This document shows, one piece after another, positions 1 through 13,900 of a stretch of 64,000 bases of DNA; positions within the stretch are counted from its first letter, which is position 1, and the number at the start of each line of letters is the position of its first letter. The notes below the pieces were generated by a model. The model was not told the origin of the DNA. It saw nothing but the letters and a program-made list of their open reading frames with translations, and ran no database searches. The stretch is from Pseudogymnoascus verrucosus (lineage: Eukaryota). Location: NCBI GenBank assembly GCA_001662655.1, contig KV460224.1, one strand, 5' to 3'. The position numbers were made by a program, and so were the translations under genes.

Positions 1-1426
1 CTAGACCGCCCACGCAGGATGGGAATGGGTCCGGCGAGTGGGGTGCGAGTAGCACCACCAACGGCGGTGGTGGGGAGACGTATGATAAGCTGTGTAAGGG
101 TGATATTGGCTACGGCGGAAACGCATTTGCCACCCCTCTCCTACAGGGACGACAGGTTGCGGAGGGTTTGTTGGCTTTGAAGTTGAGGGGGTTGGGTGTT
201 GGGAGGGGAGATGGGGGGGTGGATGAGGGGAGATGATAGTGATGGAGTGGCGCTGGACGTACTTATCTACCTACCTATCCGCACAAGGGAGGGAATAGCT
301 GTTGGAGTATTTGGAGTTGGAGTGGATTGAATTGAATTTGGGGGATGGGAGGGATTGAATTGCAAGATTAGATACCATTTACTTAGTTTGATATATAAAC
401 AGATAGCCAGACCCCTCTCACTCACGGGGAGGGGGGTGAATAGAAATTGTTTGAAGGAAATAAATTAAACCCTCCGATGCAGATGATGATGCAGATGATG
501 ATGATAAATACCCTCACCACCACCCATCACTCCACACGCCCATCTCAAACCCCTTCATCCACCACAACCGACCCTCTCCCCCTCCACTATGCTCTTTCCT
601 AAGCACAAAATCGATACGAGACAGTTTTAATTTTTCAACTTCCATTATCAGTAGAACCCATCCCCCTTTCTCACATCACCCAAACCCACCATACCACACC
701 CCAACACACTCAATTAACCCCCTCCCACGCACCATCCCACCGCCTACACCCAGTACCCCCTTCAACCAACCAACCAGTAAGAACCAGCCTCCACAGCCCC
801 AACCAGCACCCCACCCCTTCCCGCCTCATCCGCGAAAGCCCAATTTCCCCAATACGCCCCAAGTGTTCCAAACCCGTCTTCTTTCCCCACGAAGCTAAAT
901 CTCCACTGCGATCCCGAAGCAGCGCCAGAAAGACTATACCACGTTTCATCGAGCGCGGCAATGAGGGTGTTTGCCGATTGCCATGACCCGTTTTTCTCGC
1001 TGGGGAGAGGGGTGTATTTCATTTTGTTGTCGACTGCGTTCTCACTGCCGCCGCCTAAATTAATTCGCTGTCGATTGCATTCTCACTACCGACTAACTCT
1101 GCTACCACCACCCTCAACACACATATATTTCCACAAGAGCAAGAGCAAGGGCTTCTACCTTCTGCCTTCTGCGCCGTGGATGTTTACATCACAATATCCT
1201 AGCGCATTGTGTTTGCTGACGTCGGTCTCGATGGTTTGAGTTAGAAAGGTATATTATCATACATTACAAAAAACACTATCACATAACATATCTTACTCTC
1301 CCTCTCTCCCAATCGAACAAGAAAACATCACCAACCAACCCACAAAAAAACAAAACAAAAACACCCACCACCCCCTTCTACTTTTCCTCCCCCCCCGCCT
1401 TTTCCCCCAAACTTTTTCCCCCTAAC

Positions 1427-4400
1427 CTACACCCCCCCCGCCTCCCTCTGCCTCTTAACAATATAATAAGTAATCAAACTCTTCCCATCCCCCCCCACCC
1501 CCCCCATAACCTCCCAGAACCTCCCCTCCCCCACCCCCCTATGCAGCGCCACACACATCCCCACCCCATCCATTCTAACCCCACTATTCCCGCTCTCCAG
1601 ACACCTCCCTGCCAGACGTCCCATCTCCGCCGCCCTATCCTCACCAGGCACGTAACCCCCTGGTCCCTCGAGAAGACCAGTTAACATCCGTAATCCCATA
1701 CTGAGAGTTCGGCACCCCTCCACCCCCATCTCCTCCCCTTCAAGTCTCCGCACCACAGTCCCAGCAACCGAATCCGCGTCACCCAACCCCACCAGCTCCT
1801 GAGCAAGCACCTCAAGCCCCGCAACGATATGCGCGCGCCCTTCATACCTCGCCCTAGCAGCCAGAAGCGCCGCGATCCCCTCCTCCCCCCTCGCCGCGAA
1901 CGCATCACGATCCTTCCTCAGCATCGCGCGGATAGTAGCTAGGATCTGCGCCTTGACATCCTGAACCTTCTCTGGTGCCAGGGCGGTGGCGGGGCCGGCG
2001 AGGTATGTGAATAGCCCGCTCAGCAAGGCGTCGAATCTCCCCTCACCACCGGGGGTAGCAGGGCCCCAGATGTCGCGGCTGGAGTCGCGGATGAGGGATT
2101 GCAGTTTCCTGAACCCGTGGACGTCAAGAGACTGCGCCTTAACCTTCGCGATCCCGCTATCCAACAACCGCACATCCTTCTTCGCCCTCTCCGGCGACGC
2201 AAGAAGTCCATTCGTCGACGCCTTAGGCGGCGATGGCGGAGGTGGAAGCGAGAAAGTCTCCTCGTTCACGGAGACTTCTTCCAGTACCGTAGCGGGGAGC
2301 GGGGGACGGGGTGTGGTCTCGTCGTCGCCGGCGGAGGAGAAGGGGTCTTCGTAGACCTTTACCGATTTGGCGGGCGTGGCGAGGCGGGGAGCGGGTTCCT
2401 TTTGCTGTGTTGGAGGTGGTGGGCTGGCTGGAGGCGGTGCGGAGGAGGAGAAGGGGAGACTGGTGAGGGTTGGGATTACCATTGTGAAATCCTCGTCTGC
2501 TTTTGAGGGGCTGGACATGTAATCACGCGTCTGCGTCTGCGTCTGCTGTTGCGGCCTCGGACGAGGGCTCTCCCGTGCCATCAGCGCTTCCTCCCTGGAA
2601 ACACGAGGGCTCTCACGCGCTGCTACCATTTCCTCCCTAGCAACACGAGGGCTCTCCCTCACCACCATTTCCTCCCTAGCAACGTTGGCCTCGCGAGCTA
2701 CACTCACCTTCTCCCGTATAGGACTCGCATTAGACGACTGGCTCGCATGACTAGAATGACTCGTATTCGGTCTCGGCACCGCACTCCGCTTCGGTGACAC
2801 CGTCGCCGCGCTCGGCGTCCTCACCGCCGGCCTCGTCGTCGACGGCGTCGCAGTAGCGCCAGCAGGGCCCTGCCTCACCGAATACGGCCCCGCAGTAGCA
2901 GGTCGCGGCGGCTCCTTGGGTCGGAACTTAGTCGGTCGCATCGGCGCAACTGATAGTCCACCATGGCTCGTCGTTGTGCTCTCCGGCCGCGAGCGTCCCG
3001 GCTGCGCAGTGGCGGTCGAGGAATTCGACTGTGCGCTCGCGGTGCGCATTGGGGAGAAGGAGGACATTGCTGAGCCTGGGCGGGTTGGGAGAGTCTTAGC
3101 TGCCATTGCAGCCTTCTTCTGCGCGAGGAGTGCCTCTCTCAATGATGGTTTCGGCGGGCCGGTGCTCTTTGACATGGCGAGGCCGGGGCGGGCGACGGGG
3201 TTGGTTTTCTTGGGGGAGTTGGGGTTACCCGGGTCGTTTTGGAGGAGCTTGAGTTGTGCGGGCTCGAGGGCTGACATTACTGCCTCTGCCTTAGCGGGCC
3301 ACATCTGCGCAAACGGCCAGAAGGTTCCGCGCATCTTCTCGCGGACGCCGGGATTGGGGTCCGCGAGGCCCTTCTTGACGCACTTCTCGACGATGTCGAG
3401 GCCGCCGGCGTGCTCGATTGTGCTCTTGTGGTTCGCGAGTTTCTTGAGCAGTGTCTTCAGCCATCCCGCTGCGTAGGTGCGCGGCTGCACATTCTTGTCC
3501 TGGCATGCGAGCCAGACGTGCTGGAGGATGCGCTGGTTGTATGATACGTGAAGGATGATGATATCCACCGTCGCATCACCCGCCTGCGACGCGATCTTCT
3601 TCGTCCCACCACAGAGCTTAATCAGATTCTGCAACAAAATCTCCACCATCGGATCCAGCCCCGGCCCCGCCGTCCTCGCAATCTCCTGCACCACCGCACA
3701 CCCCTCCTTCGACAAGCTCGTGCGCAGCGAATTCACCGACTTCAAAATCCCATCCAGCAGCCCCTTAACACCCACCAGCCACGCGTCGTGGAAATCCGCA
3801 GGTGCGTTCCCGGCATTCAGCTTCCGAAGCTTCGAGCAGCTCTGCTCGCGCTTTAGCCAGTTGTGCTCCGACTCCTTGCCCTCGAAGAAGGGGTGCATGT
3901 CGCGCAGGGTGTCTTCCAGCTCGCGCACTGTGTTGACGTAGGCGGGTTCCACGTGCTCGAGCACGCGCTGCTCGATGACGGGGGTCACGGGGCGGGCGGT
4001 GGTGGAGGAGGCGGAAGTGGTGCTCTCGGAGTGGTGGGAGCGGAGGTTGGGGCTTGCGGTGTGTTGGTCGATTGGGTCGGGGTCTGCGCCGGTGGGGCTG
4101 AGTTGGCTGGTGATGGCGGAGACAATGGTGGTGCGGACGTTGAATGCTTTGAGTTGTTTCTTGAGGTCGGATTTTGCTGCGTTGGGTGCGTTTCTTTGGC
4201 TTGTTAGTGGTTGGGCTGTGAGTGAGTCGGGTGGGCAATACGTACTGGAACAGCTCAATGACTGTGTTCCTGGCACAATCTCTAACCATGCCATCTGCAT
4301 CTTCGAGGAGCTCCATGAGACTGGGCACAAACGATCTGAACTGTAGTCCGTACTCCTCGTGCATCTGTATGTGTCAGCTGTGTCTTCAAAATCCGCTGTC

Positions 4401-5044
4401 CCAAAATCTCCGCTGTGACCTATTCAGCGAGCACGAAATCCTGTGACCTCCTTAACACCCCCAAAGAAAAGCCAACCTTCCCCAACCCTCCCTCTCACCC
4501 CATCACCCCCCAAAACAGCGAAGAAAAATAACACCAAAAACAAAAAGCCCAAAAAGACAAAAATAAAAAATAAACCCACCTGCACAATCCACCCCATCCC
4601 TCCCTCCTTCGCTCTCCCACTCCTCCCCCCCAACACCCCCTCCCTAACCCCCCTCTCCACCTCCGGCCCCGCCACCCTCCAAAACGCAGTCAAACACAAC
4701 CCCGCCAACCCCCTATACTTCTCCCTCGCATCCCCAACCCTCTCCAGCACAAGCGGCAACGTCGCTTTCGTCTCCCTCACAATCGCTCTCGGTTCCTGCC
4801 TCGTCATGCGCGTGAGCAGGTGGTTCAGCGTCGTGAAGCCGGCGTTGACGAGGGCGGTGTGCTGCGAGACCATGGCGAGACGCGCGGATTCGAAGAGGGG
4901 GGGGACGCAGGCGTCGGGGAGGTTGTGTTGTTTTATGGATGATTTTGCGGTGGTGAGGGAGGCGACTTTGGAGTCGACGGAGGAGTCGCTGCGGAGGAGG
5001 GTGAGTAGGGCTTGCGCCGCTACATCGGTGAGTTTCTCGCCCAT
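1427..5044 (-). CDS. STU1: CLASP-family microtubule-associated protein (Stu1), ~1116 aa, 3 exons (5044-4580, 4364-4246, 4193-1427)
   Basis: TOG/HEAT-like helical repeats (SLRTSLSKEGC, KGLADPNPGVREKMR), long S/P/R-rich linker and C-terminal helical domain ending LITYYIVKRQRE. GT-AG introns join three ORF-track pieces in frame. Confidence 0.9.
2561..2683 (-). repeat. Coding tandem repeat in STU1 (3 units of 42/42/39 bp; VAREEMVxxRESPR)
   Basis: acgagggctctc...ttcctccct..aac recurs at 2561, 2603 and 2645 on the + strand. Confidence 0.85.
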
Positions 5045-5836
5045 CGTGGTGGTCGTGTGCGTGTGTGCTGCTCCTTGTGGTGGTGTGGTGTGGTGTGGCA
5101 GCTGCTTGTAGTGGTGGGTGGGTGGTGATAAGGGGCCGTAGCCAGAGTAGGTGTTATTGCGTGTGTTGCGTTTTCAAGGGCATGTGTGCCTCTTCCTTTG
5201 GTAGGTAGTATATATCAACAGTATCACCTTGTCGTCGCTGTACTATCGTCGTCGTCGTTGTCGATTGTTTCTATCCGATATATCCCCGTCGCTGTGTCGT
5301 TGTCGTTGTTTACACACAGACGCGCAGAGTTGGTTTAGTTTCGGTACTGGGCGGATTTAACTGTGGAACCTGAGGTCAAGTCACCACCCTTTCACTCACG
5401 CTGGGACGCGTGGTGGTCTGTGCGCTAGTGGTAGTGGTGGTGCCCCGCGATAAGGAACTAGAGGTGTGGTAGTCAGGCACAAGATAAGGTCAGGCTGTGA
5501 TCTGGCGGTGCCTGGGTGTTCCTGTCAGGTGTCAGCCTCGTCTGATGGGGGGTGTCATTTTTGGAAGGGGGTCATTTCGAAGGACGGTGTGTATATTGAG
5601 GTTGTATTGAGAGTGTATATAAAGCTGCTATCCTACTTCCTATTTAGCTTTTGGGTTTTTACATTCAGCCTAATATCACTTCACGCGCCAGAAGGAAGGA
5701 AGCAAGCAAGCTCTTTCTAGCTATCACACTCTTTATCAAGTTCCCCGCCTTCCGAGCTCGAGGATCAAGCATCACCACCTCATCTCACATCACCTCACCT
5801 CAACTCACCACCATCACCACCACGACAACCACCAAA

Positions 5837-6619
5837 ATGACCGTCCCCCAGCCCCCCACCTCCCCAACAACAACCCCCCTCCCCATCACCAAACCCGCCG
5901 CCGCCTGCCCCGCCGACACCCCCACCACCACCGCCGCCGCCCCCCCCTCCTTCACCATCCCCCCCCTCTCCCTCCAAATCCCCACCCTCACCCACCCCGG
6001 CGCCACTGCCCTCCTCAGCAACACCATCATCTCCACCGCCCTCCCCAAGCACATCACCACCGTCCTCACGCACCTCTACGTCTCCCCCAAGGAGCCCACC
6101 ACGCACCTCCCCCCCACCAAATCCGTTGCCCTGTTTCTGCGGCCTATGGACGGGGTTGCCTACACGATCGGCACGCAGGCTGTTGATGGGGCGAAGGAGA
6201 TTCATTTCTCCGTCGACTATATCTCCCGCATCGCCGCCGCGAGAGTCAAGGATGAGATTGCGGGAGTCCTAGTGCATGAGCTGGTGCACTGCTTCCAATA
6301 CAACGGGCTCAACACCTGTCCCTCCGGTCTCATCGAAGGTATCGCTGACTGGGTCCGCTTGCGCGCCAAGCTCGCCCCGCCTCACTGGAAGAGGAGCACG
6401 GATGGGGGGTGGGCGGCGGGATATGAGAAGACGGGGTTCTTTTTGGAGTGGCTTGATCAGAATAAGGGGGATGGGAAGGGGGGGGTGGTGAGGAAGATGA
6501 ATGAGTGGTTGAGGAAGAATAAGTATCAGGAGGGGAAGTTTTGGAGGGAGTGCGTGGGGGGGGAGGTGGGGGGGTTGTGGAAGGAGTATGGGAAGTTTGT
6601 TGCGGGAGGGGGGAAGTAG
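5837..6619 (+). CDS. BSP (plant basic secretory protein-like) family zinc metallopeptidase-like protein, 260 aa
   Basis: ATG at 5837 in caaaATG context. Motifs GVAYT, KEIHFS, GVLVHELVHCFQ (HExxH), GLIEGIADWVRL and GYEKTGFFLEWL are typical of the BSP/PBSP family. Confidence 0.85.
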   Translation: MTVPQPPTSPTTTPLPITKPAAACPADTPTTTAAAPPSFTIPPLSLQIPTLTHPGATALLSNTIISTALPKHITTVLTHLYVSPKEPTTHLPPTKSVALFLRPMDGVAYTIGTQAVDGAKEIHFSVDYISRIAAARVKDEIAGVLVHELVHCFQYNGLNTCPSGLIEGIADWVRLRAKLAPPHWKRSTDGGWAAGYEKTGFFLEWLDQNKGDGKGGVVRKMNEWLRKNKYQEGKFWRECVGGEVGGLWKEYGKFVAGGGK

Positions 6620-9600
6620 ATGGGGGAGTGAGGGGGGTGAGAAGGAGGGTGGTGTGAGAGGTGGATGGAAGGATGGTGGGATATGGGAGGTTATATGAGT
6701 GATATATATATATATATTTTGGGCGGTATATCGATATTTAACCTAGCAGTTAGACGCCGTAGAAGATTTGGAAATTGTATACTTGACATCTATTTCTCAC
6801 ACCCTCACATCCCTCTCCCTCACACCCTCCCCCATGCCCCCAAGGTCCTGCGCCACACCCCTCTCCATCCCCTCATCATCAGCGCCACACCCAGCCATTC
6901 ACCTCTCAGCCACACAAACCACCAGCCCTCACCCACCCTCATCTCTCCACCACCGCTCAATCTCCCATCTCCCCAAGTGGATCAACCCATCACCCACTCA
7001 CCCACCAACCAACACTTACCCACCAATCCCCCTCCCAAGCCACGAACGTGAGGGGGATGAAGTCGGGAGCGTGGGTGGAGTAAGTGGAGACGACGGCGTT
7101 CGTTGCGACGGCGTTCGTTGTCTAGAGGATAAGTACGAAGAGGCGTGCGTGTCTGTGCTGTCTGTGCAGCAGCATAAGTACGGGGGTTAGTGAGATAGGA
7201 ACAGGAAGGAGGGACTGTGTGTGTGTGTCTCGCTGTGGTGGCTAGGGGGATTTTTTTTTGTTTACGTGGAGTAGAGCAGAGTAGAGTAGGTAAGAGGTAA
7301 GGCGAAGGAGGGAGAGAGGGAGGGAGGGTTAAAACCTACGTATACTCCGGTACTCTACCCCTATCTATAACAGCCTATATCCCACCCTCACCTCCACCCT
7401 CACTCCCCTCCCTCACCCCAGCTGCCATACTTACTGTACATACTCGGCACGGCAGCAGACTTCATCCGTATCCACCGTCCTCTGTGCGCGAAATCCCTCC
7501 CCCCTACCACGCCAAAACTGCTCCCTCGCTATCCGCGCCTCAAAAGGTAATGATCGCCTCTGCACGGTATGGAGTCTAGAGCGCCTTTGATCGGCACGGG
7601 ATGCGTCGAGAGAGACGAGGGAGGGAGGGGTGAAACGGCGGGTTGCTGCACTGCGGTATAACAGCTGTGTGTGGTGCGGGAAGGTGCGACAGTTGTGGCG
7701 TACTCGAGTGTGTTTGGCGGGTGTTGCGTTTATAGTGCTCTCTCTTGCCATGGGTTTCTACTTTTCTAGGGGCATGGGATGCGGTGGACGAGGGATGGAT
7801 TGGGGAGGGAAGAAGGAGGAGGAGGATAAATTATCCCCGGATATAGCTCCCGCTGTCTCTCTGGCACTTACCGCCGTTTTGGTCCCCCTAATGGGAAGTG
7901 GTGAGTGATGGTTCAGGGTGGTGAGAGCTTTAATAGAGTGTCCCCATCTCCATCCCCAGTTCAATCATACCCTATAAGATTACCGCCACACTCTACCCTT
8001 ACCCTACCATCCATCCTCCATGCCCATCTCCGTCACTCACCAGCGGAGAAAAGGAAAGGGGACCAGACGGCACATATCCCCAGTCTCTACTACTCCAGAG
8101 TAGTACTGGAGATGGAGACCGACCGACCACACAGACGCGTTCGTAGATCACCCACAGACGACGGCCAGCCATTACCCGCTCGTTTTGACAGGTACAGGAG
8201 GAGGAGCTTTTTGAGTGCCGCTGTTGCCGTGTCTGGTCTGGGGCGTGGGAGTGGAAGTTGCCGTTGCGGTTGATGTGATGGGTAGGGGATGGTTGTGATG
8301 AGCGTGGTATGTGTGATATGTGTAATATGTGTAATGAGATGAGATGAGGCTTCACAGTGATTGATCTCCCCGCGTGGCAGCCACGAGGGTCGGGAATCCG
8401 TCACTTCGATTACTCCTATCACTCCTATCACTTGCATACAACGACTAATCGAATGGTGAGGATGATCTGTACTACTACCTACCTACCATCTATTCTCCGT
8501 ACCAAATCCCACCTCTACCATGCATGTTAACTGCCATCCATCCCTGATACACTCTGAACTGCTATAGCAGATCCCCAACAGTAGTGTTGTACACTCGTAC
8601 AGGAGATGAAACGCGCCCTTTTACTCGGCGTGGAGGTGGCTGCGTATGTGCGGAAAGAGAGAGAGACGGGGGGGCCGACGCAGTGTGGTAGTAGTGGGAG
8701 GAGGACCGTTGTAGTGGTAATGTTAGTAATGTTAGTGGTTGGTAGCGGTAGAATAGAATGTGGCGTATCTGGTAGACAGGGGGTGACGGGTGAAGTGTGA
8801 GGGTGTGAAACGCGTTGGGGGCGGAGAGGGGGGAGGAGGTGTGTTTGATGAGTGTGGGATATAGACTGAGTTTACGTATGTATGTGTGTGCTGTTTGTAT
8901 AGGGTATAGGGTGGTTATAGTTAGTCGTGGATTGGGGGGATTGGTGGGATTAGTAGGGGATTGCAAGATTTAATAACAGTAACCAAAAGAATTACTTATT
9001 AATATTGATAGTAATTGGGGAATAACCTCACCTCGACCTTAGTCACGTACTTTACCTTACTGTACAGTACTGGCTATAGCAATAAAATACGTAAATACGT
9101 CCCTCCCGTAGTGATTTCCCGTGGCTTGACTCTAAGATCCACCTTTTAGTATGGCTAGTAACTAGTGGCTAGTGGGCCAGAGTACTGACTAGACTCGACT
9201 AGACTAGACCACGGACTAGCTGTCTGGCCTGTCCTCTCTGTCTTGTCCTCTCTCCACTAAACTTATCCTCCTAAACGATGTAACGCACTGACAAGAGGGG
9301 TACATGAGTTGGGAGTTGCGATTATAGTCTTATAGCTGAGAAGATGCATAGAGGGAGTTAGAGAGAATACTGCTGTCCTGTGTACTACACCCCTAACTTA
9401 TCCTACGGCAATCCCTAGGCTAGACGACTCTCGTGTTAGCTCTCGTTCTAGAGCTATCCGTAGTACTGGACGGACTGCTGTTATTTGTTAGAGGAGATAG
9501 ATGGCTGTAGTAGTGGTTAGTGATTAATCTTAGTAGTGGTGTACCTTGATCTCTCTCTGTGTGCACTGGCAGTAATAGTACGGTAGTATGGGTATAGTAC

Positions 9601-10954
9601 GGTAGTATACGGCAGCAAGTGGATAATACTGCAGTAACAGGTGGATCGTGTTACTATTATCGTCTTGTCTCGTCTGTGTGTCTGTCTGTGTGTCGTCGCC
9701 GTGTCTCTCTTGTCTCTGGTTGCCGTCTGTCGTCGTCGTCGCTCTCCTGAGATGTGTTGTGCACTATAATAATACATACATACAGAGAAAGTAAAGTTAC
9801 AGCACATTATACTACCACCAACCACCATAGCTGTCCTATCTGTCCTGTCTGTCCTGTTTGTACCTACACTCTCAGAATACAGCTCACTCACGGCTCTGGT
9901 TGATACCATTGTCACCATTACACACTCCTAAAGACACTCAATCCCCTCATACAATCATCCCATCTCATCCATCTCATCCATCTCATCACCCACAGTACTA
10001 CACTCTACCACTCTATCACTCTACCACAGTACTACAATCTGCCACTGTATACCACACTCTACCACTCTACCACTACATCCCACCACCACCACCATATCCC
10101 ACACCAAGCAAGGGACAGCAAACCCCAGCAAGGGACAACAACAACACTTTCATATTTTACATTTTACAATTTCTCTAGCATCAGGGACAAAATAATATCC
10201 ATCCCCTGCCAACCAGCCACCACTGAACTGCACTGTACTATACTACACTAAACTCTACTCTACTACTTTTTATACTGCTACTGCACAAAGTAATAATCCC
10301 CCCCTTTCAGTCAAAGATCAACAATCTCAACTGTGGCTGACTCTAATCCACCCACCAAGACCCAAGAGGACAGTAAGTACGTACGAGGGTACGGGTTCCG
10401 GTACGGGTACACAGGTACACTGCAACGAGTAAGGTAAGTGAACTATTTCCACCACAACCACCACTTACCACCACCACAACCACAACTCCACAACTCACCA
10501 CCCAACACCGCTCACCTCACTTTCTGAAACCCTTGCGCCCACCGCAACTAACCTCTACCGTCCCTGCTCCTAGCATTGCAAACTCTCTCTTTGGCTGCTG
10601 CTGCACTGGCATCCACTCCACAAGAAACGAACAGCAGTGAACCGCGTACCACACACCTCTCCACCGCCGCTGCTGCCACGCCGCAGACGACGATCTCACA
10701 GATCCCGATCTGCTCACCCTCACCTCACCTCACCTCACCTCACCTCACAACCTCACCTAACAAACACCTCCTCGACAAACCTCACATAACCTCAAACCAA
10801 CCCACGCGCCAATCCCCCAGCGCACCACACACACAGCTCCTACACACCACGCGACAGACAGACAGACACACCCCACGCATGCCCCGACACCAGCATCCCC
10901 ATACCCATACCTTACCACCAGCTCTGAGCTGGAGATAAAGAGGCAGCTTGCGCC

Positions 10955-13900
10955 ATGGAGGCGCCTGAAGCTGCTGTTGCGGCGGGAGAATACCCTGATT
11001 CTGCGGGGGAGGAGGAGGCGTATCCGTGTAAGGGATGTGGAGAGGTGAGTTTTGTTGAAGGGGGGATTGAGAGGCTTGGGATGGGATTGTGCTGACTTGG
11101 ATGTGTGGTAGATTCTGGAAGAGGGGAAGGCTTTTGAACTTGGTGAGTTTTTGTTTTTTTGTTCCATTGACGATCTGGATTGTGAGGGGGAGCTGAGTTT
11201 GGTGGATGTCGTTGCGCTGCTGCTTGCCCTCATGCTCTTCAGTGGGTGAGGGTGAGCTGTGTTTGGTGAACACCGTTGCGCCACTGCTCTCCCTCATACT
11301 CCTGGACTGTGAGGGCGAGCTGCATCTGGTGAACACCGTTGCGCCGCTGCTCTCCCTCATAGCCTACCAACCATCCCATTGAGCACACAGCTAACCTCCC
11401 ATCCTACAGCAAACAACAGATGGCATCTCGACTGCTTCCGCTGCAACCAATGCCACACCCTCCTCGACTCCGACGCCAACCTGCTCCTCCTCGGCGACGG
11501 CTCCCTCATCTGCAACAACTGCACCTACAGCTGCAGCGCCTGCGGCAACAAGATCGAAGACCTCGCCATCCTGACCGGCGACCAGGCCTTCTGCGCCACC
11601 TGCTTCCGCTGCCGCAACTGCAAGCGCAAGATCGAGAACCTGCGCTATGCCCGCACCTCACAGGGCATATTCTGCATGAGCTGCCATGAGTCGCTGATGG
11701 CGCGTCGTCGTAAAAAAAGCAAACTCGCCGCCGCCGCGGCGAAAGCTAAAGAAAAAGATAGCATGCTCGTAGATAAATCCCTGCCGGCCCTTCCACCGAG
11801 TGAGAAGGCCGCTGCGGAGGCTGCCCAATCGAGAGAGCCGCCCATGAACCTGCACACCGAGCTCTCACCTCGTCCGCGCCCACAGTACCCGGACGAAGCG
11901 TCGAGAAGCAGCTCGCGCCGCGCCGAATCACCCAGCGATATGGGACATAGAGACGGCCTAACCCTCCCAACAACCACATACCGCAACAACCGCCACTCGC
12001 AGGCCTCGGACATGACCGCCGACGGCGACGGCTTCTTCATCCCGCTCGCGCTCGACCCGAGCCCCGCGCCAACTCCGCGCCCAGCGCAGAATAACAAGAA
12101 GGAGAATGCCGCGGCGAAGGACATGCTGAGCCCGTCGGCGAGAAGCACGAGGGGACAAGTCCCAATGAGCCAGTCGACCCCGCACATCGCGTTCCAGGAG
12201 AAGGGCCGCACGACATCGAGCGAGTACTCCGAGTCCAGCAAGGATGGCGGCGCGACCACGAGGAGACCACCACCTCGTCCGTCGGCGGGCAGCCGCACCA
12301 CGTCTGCCACTGCGTCGCCGGCGCTCGGGGGCGAGGAGCCCAAGAGACAGCACCTCGCTAACTCTATGAGTAATGGGAATGCGAATGAGAAGGCGCAGTC
12401 GGCGCAGGAGAAGTTTAAGCTGCAGGATGTGCCGAAGCGTAAGCGCTCGAATGAGTCGAGGAATAGTGGTAAGACGGAGGCGGTGGAGAATCCACAGGCT
12501 AGACCGCTGGTGAAGAGAGAGAATCTGTCGAGGACTGAGAGCGCGGAGTCCACGAGAGTGTCTCAGGAGAGACCGAGGGGAGGCGTAAACCAGTATCTTG
12601 GTGCGGAGTCGGAGTCGAGACCTTCGACCGATTCGGCCATGTCTCCTCCTCCACGCGACCAGGCTAGGACTGAGCTGCCAACTGCCTCGAAGCCCATCCC
12701 CAGAAAGGAGGTCGGAGGTAGTAAGTTGGGCAAGACGCAGCCACCATCCTACGCCGCCTCCGACGCAATGTCCTCCTCCGTCTCCTCCACCGACAGCACC
12801 GCCCTCTCCACCCCAACCGTAAACGGAAAATCCATCTCCAGCCCCGTCATCAAGCCCTCCGAGGACTCCGGACCACGTCTCCCCATCCGCCCTGCCCCGC
12901 CCCAGCAGAAGCCGAGCGACACCTACATGGCCCCTCGCGCCCCTCCCATCCCTCCCCCACCCTCCCAGCCCAAATCAGGCAAACAAGCCATCAACCCAAT
13001 AACCGGCGAGCCTATCTCCCCCAAGCTCCCTAGATGGAGCGCCGGCGGCGATTTCACCATGGACGAGGACATGGCGCGTATACTCGGCACAGACGAGCGT
13101 GCTGAGTCCCTCCTCAGACGCGTATCCAACGCCGTCCGCCACGGTCGCACACCGAGCGACCACAGCGCACACCGCCACGGCGGCCACGGCCGCAGCATCA
13201 GCGAGACGACGAGCCGCACCGCGACATCCGGTCACTGGCCTAAAACCCCCATCGCCGAAGACGGCATCGTCGCGAGCCCGCAGTCCATCTCCATGGGTTC
13301 ACCCCGCGCAGGGGGCGACGACTCCGCCATTCTCCGTCGCCAACTGCGCAACTCCGAGCAGCGCGTCGCGGAGCTCGAGCGCGTTTTCGTGGCGAGCGGC
13401 GAGCTAAAGTCCGTCACTAAGCAGCTGGTTGAGAAGCGCAAGACTGTACATGAGCTTGGTTCGCAGGCGGAGATAATGATTCGTCAGATCGAAGTGCTGG
13501 CTGGGTATGTAGAGCGCGCTAAGCGCGCGGAGGGTAAGCATGAGCTTGATATGGAGGAGATGGAGGAGAGTGCCATTAAAGATTTCGTCCTGAGAATCGA
13601 GCGCCTCAAGCAATCCATGTCCCGCGAAGTGGAAACCCTGTTCGAAGAGCGCGAGACCCTCTTCGATGAGAAAGCCGCTGCTATCAAGTCGCGCGACCGC
13701 GCACTGGCGGAGTTCGAACAGCTGTCCATCAAGAACGCCCAGTTGGCGGATCTGAATAACGATCTCACCACCCAGATCCAGGAGCGTTTCCGCGCCCAGA
13801 GCGGGGCGGCTGCTGGTGTCGAGTCCCCCAAGCCCCCGATGTCGAGTGGAGGCGCCTCAGCGAATGGACTGGGGATTTATGGACACAGCAAGGATAAACT

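Noticed and set aside
1..300. Possible CDS fragment at the window start
   Set aside because: No convincing frame or motif. More likely UTR or promoter of a gene outside the window.
5300..5415. Forkhead-like TGTTTAC and MCB-like ACGCGT sites upstream of STU1
   Set aside because: Plausible for a mitotic gene, but single short motifs are not significant without conservation data.
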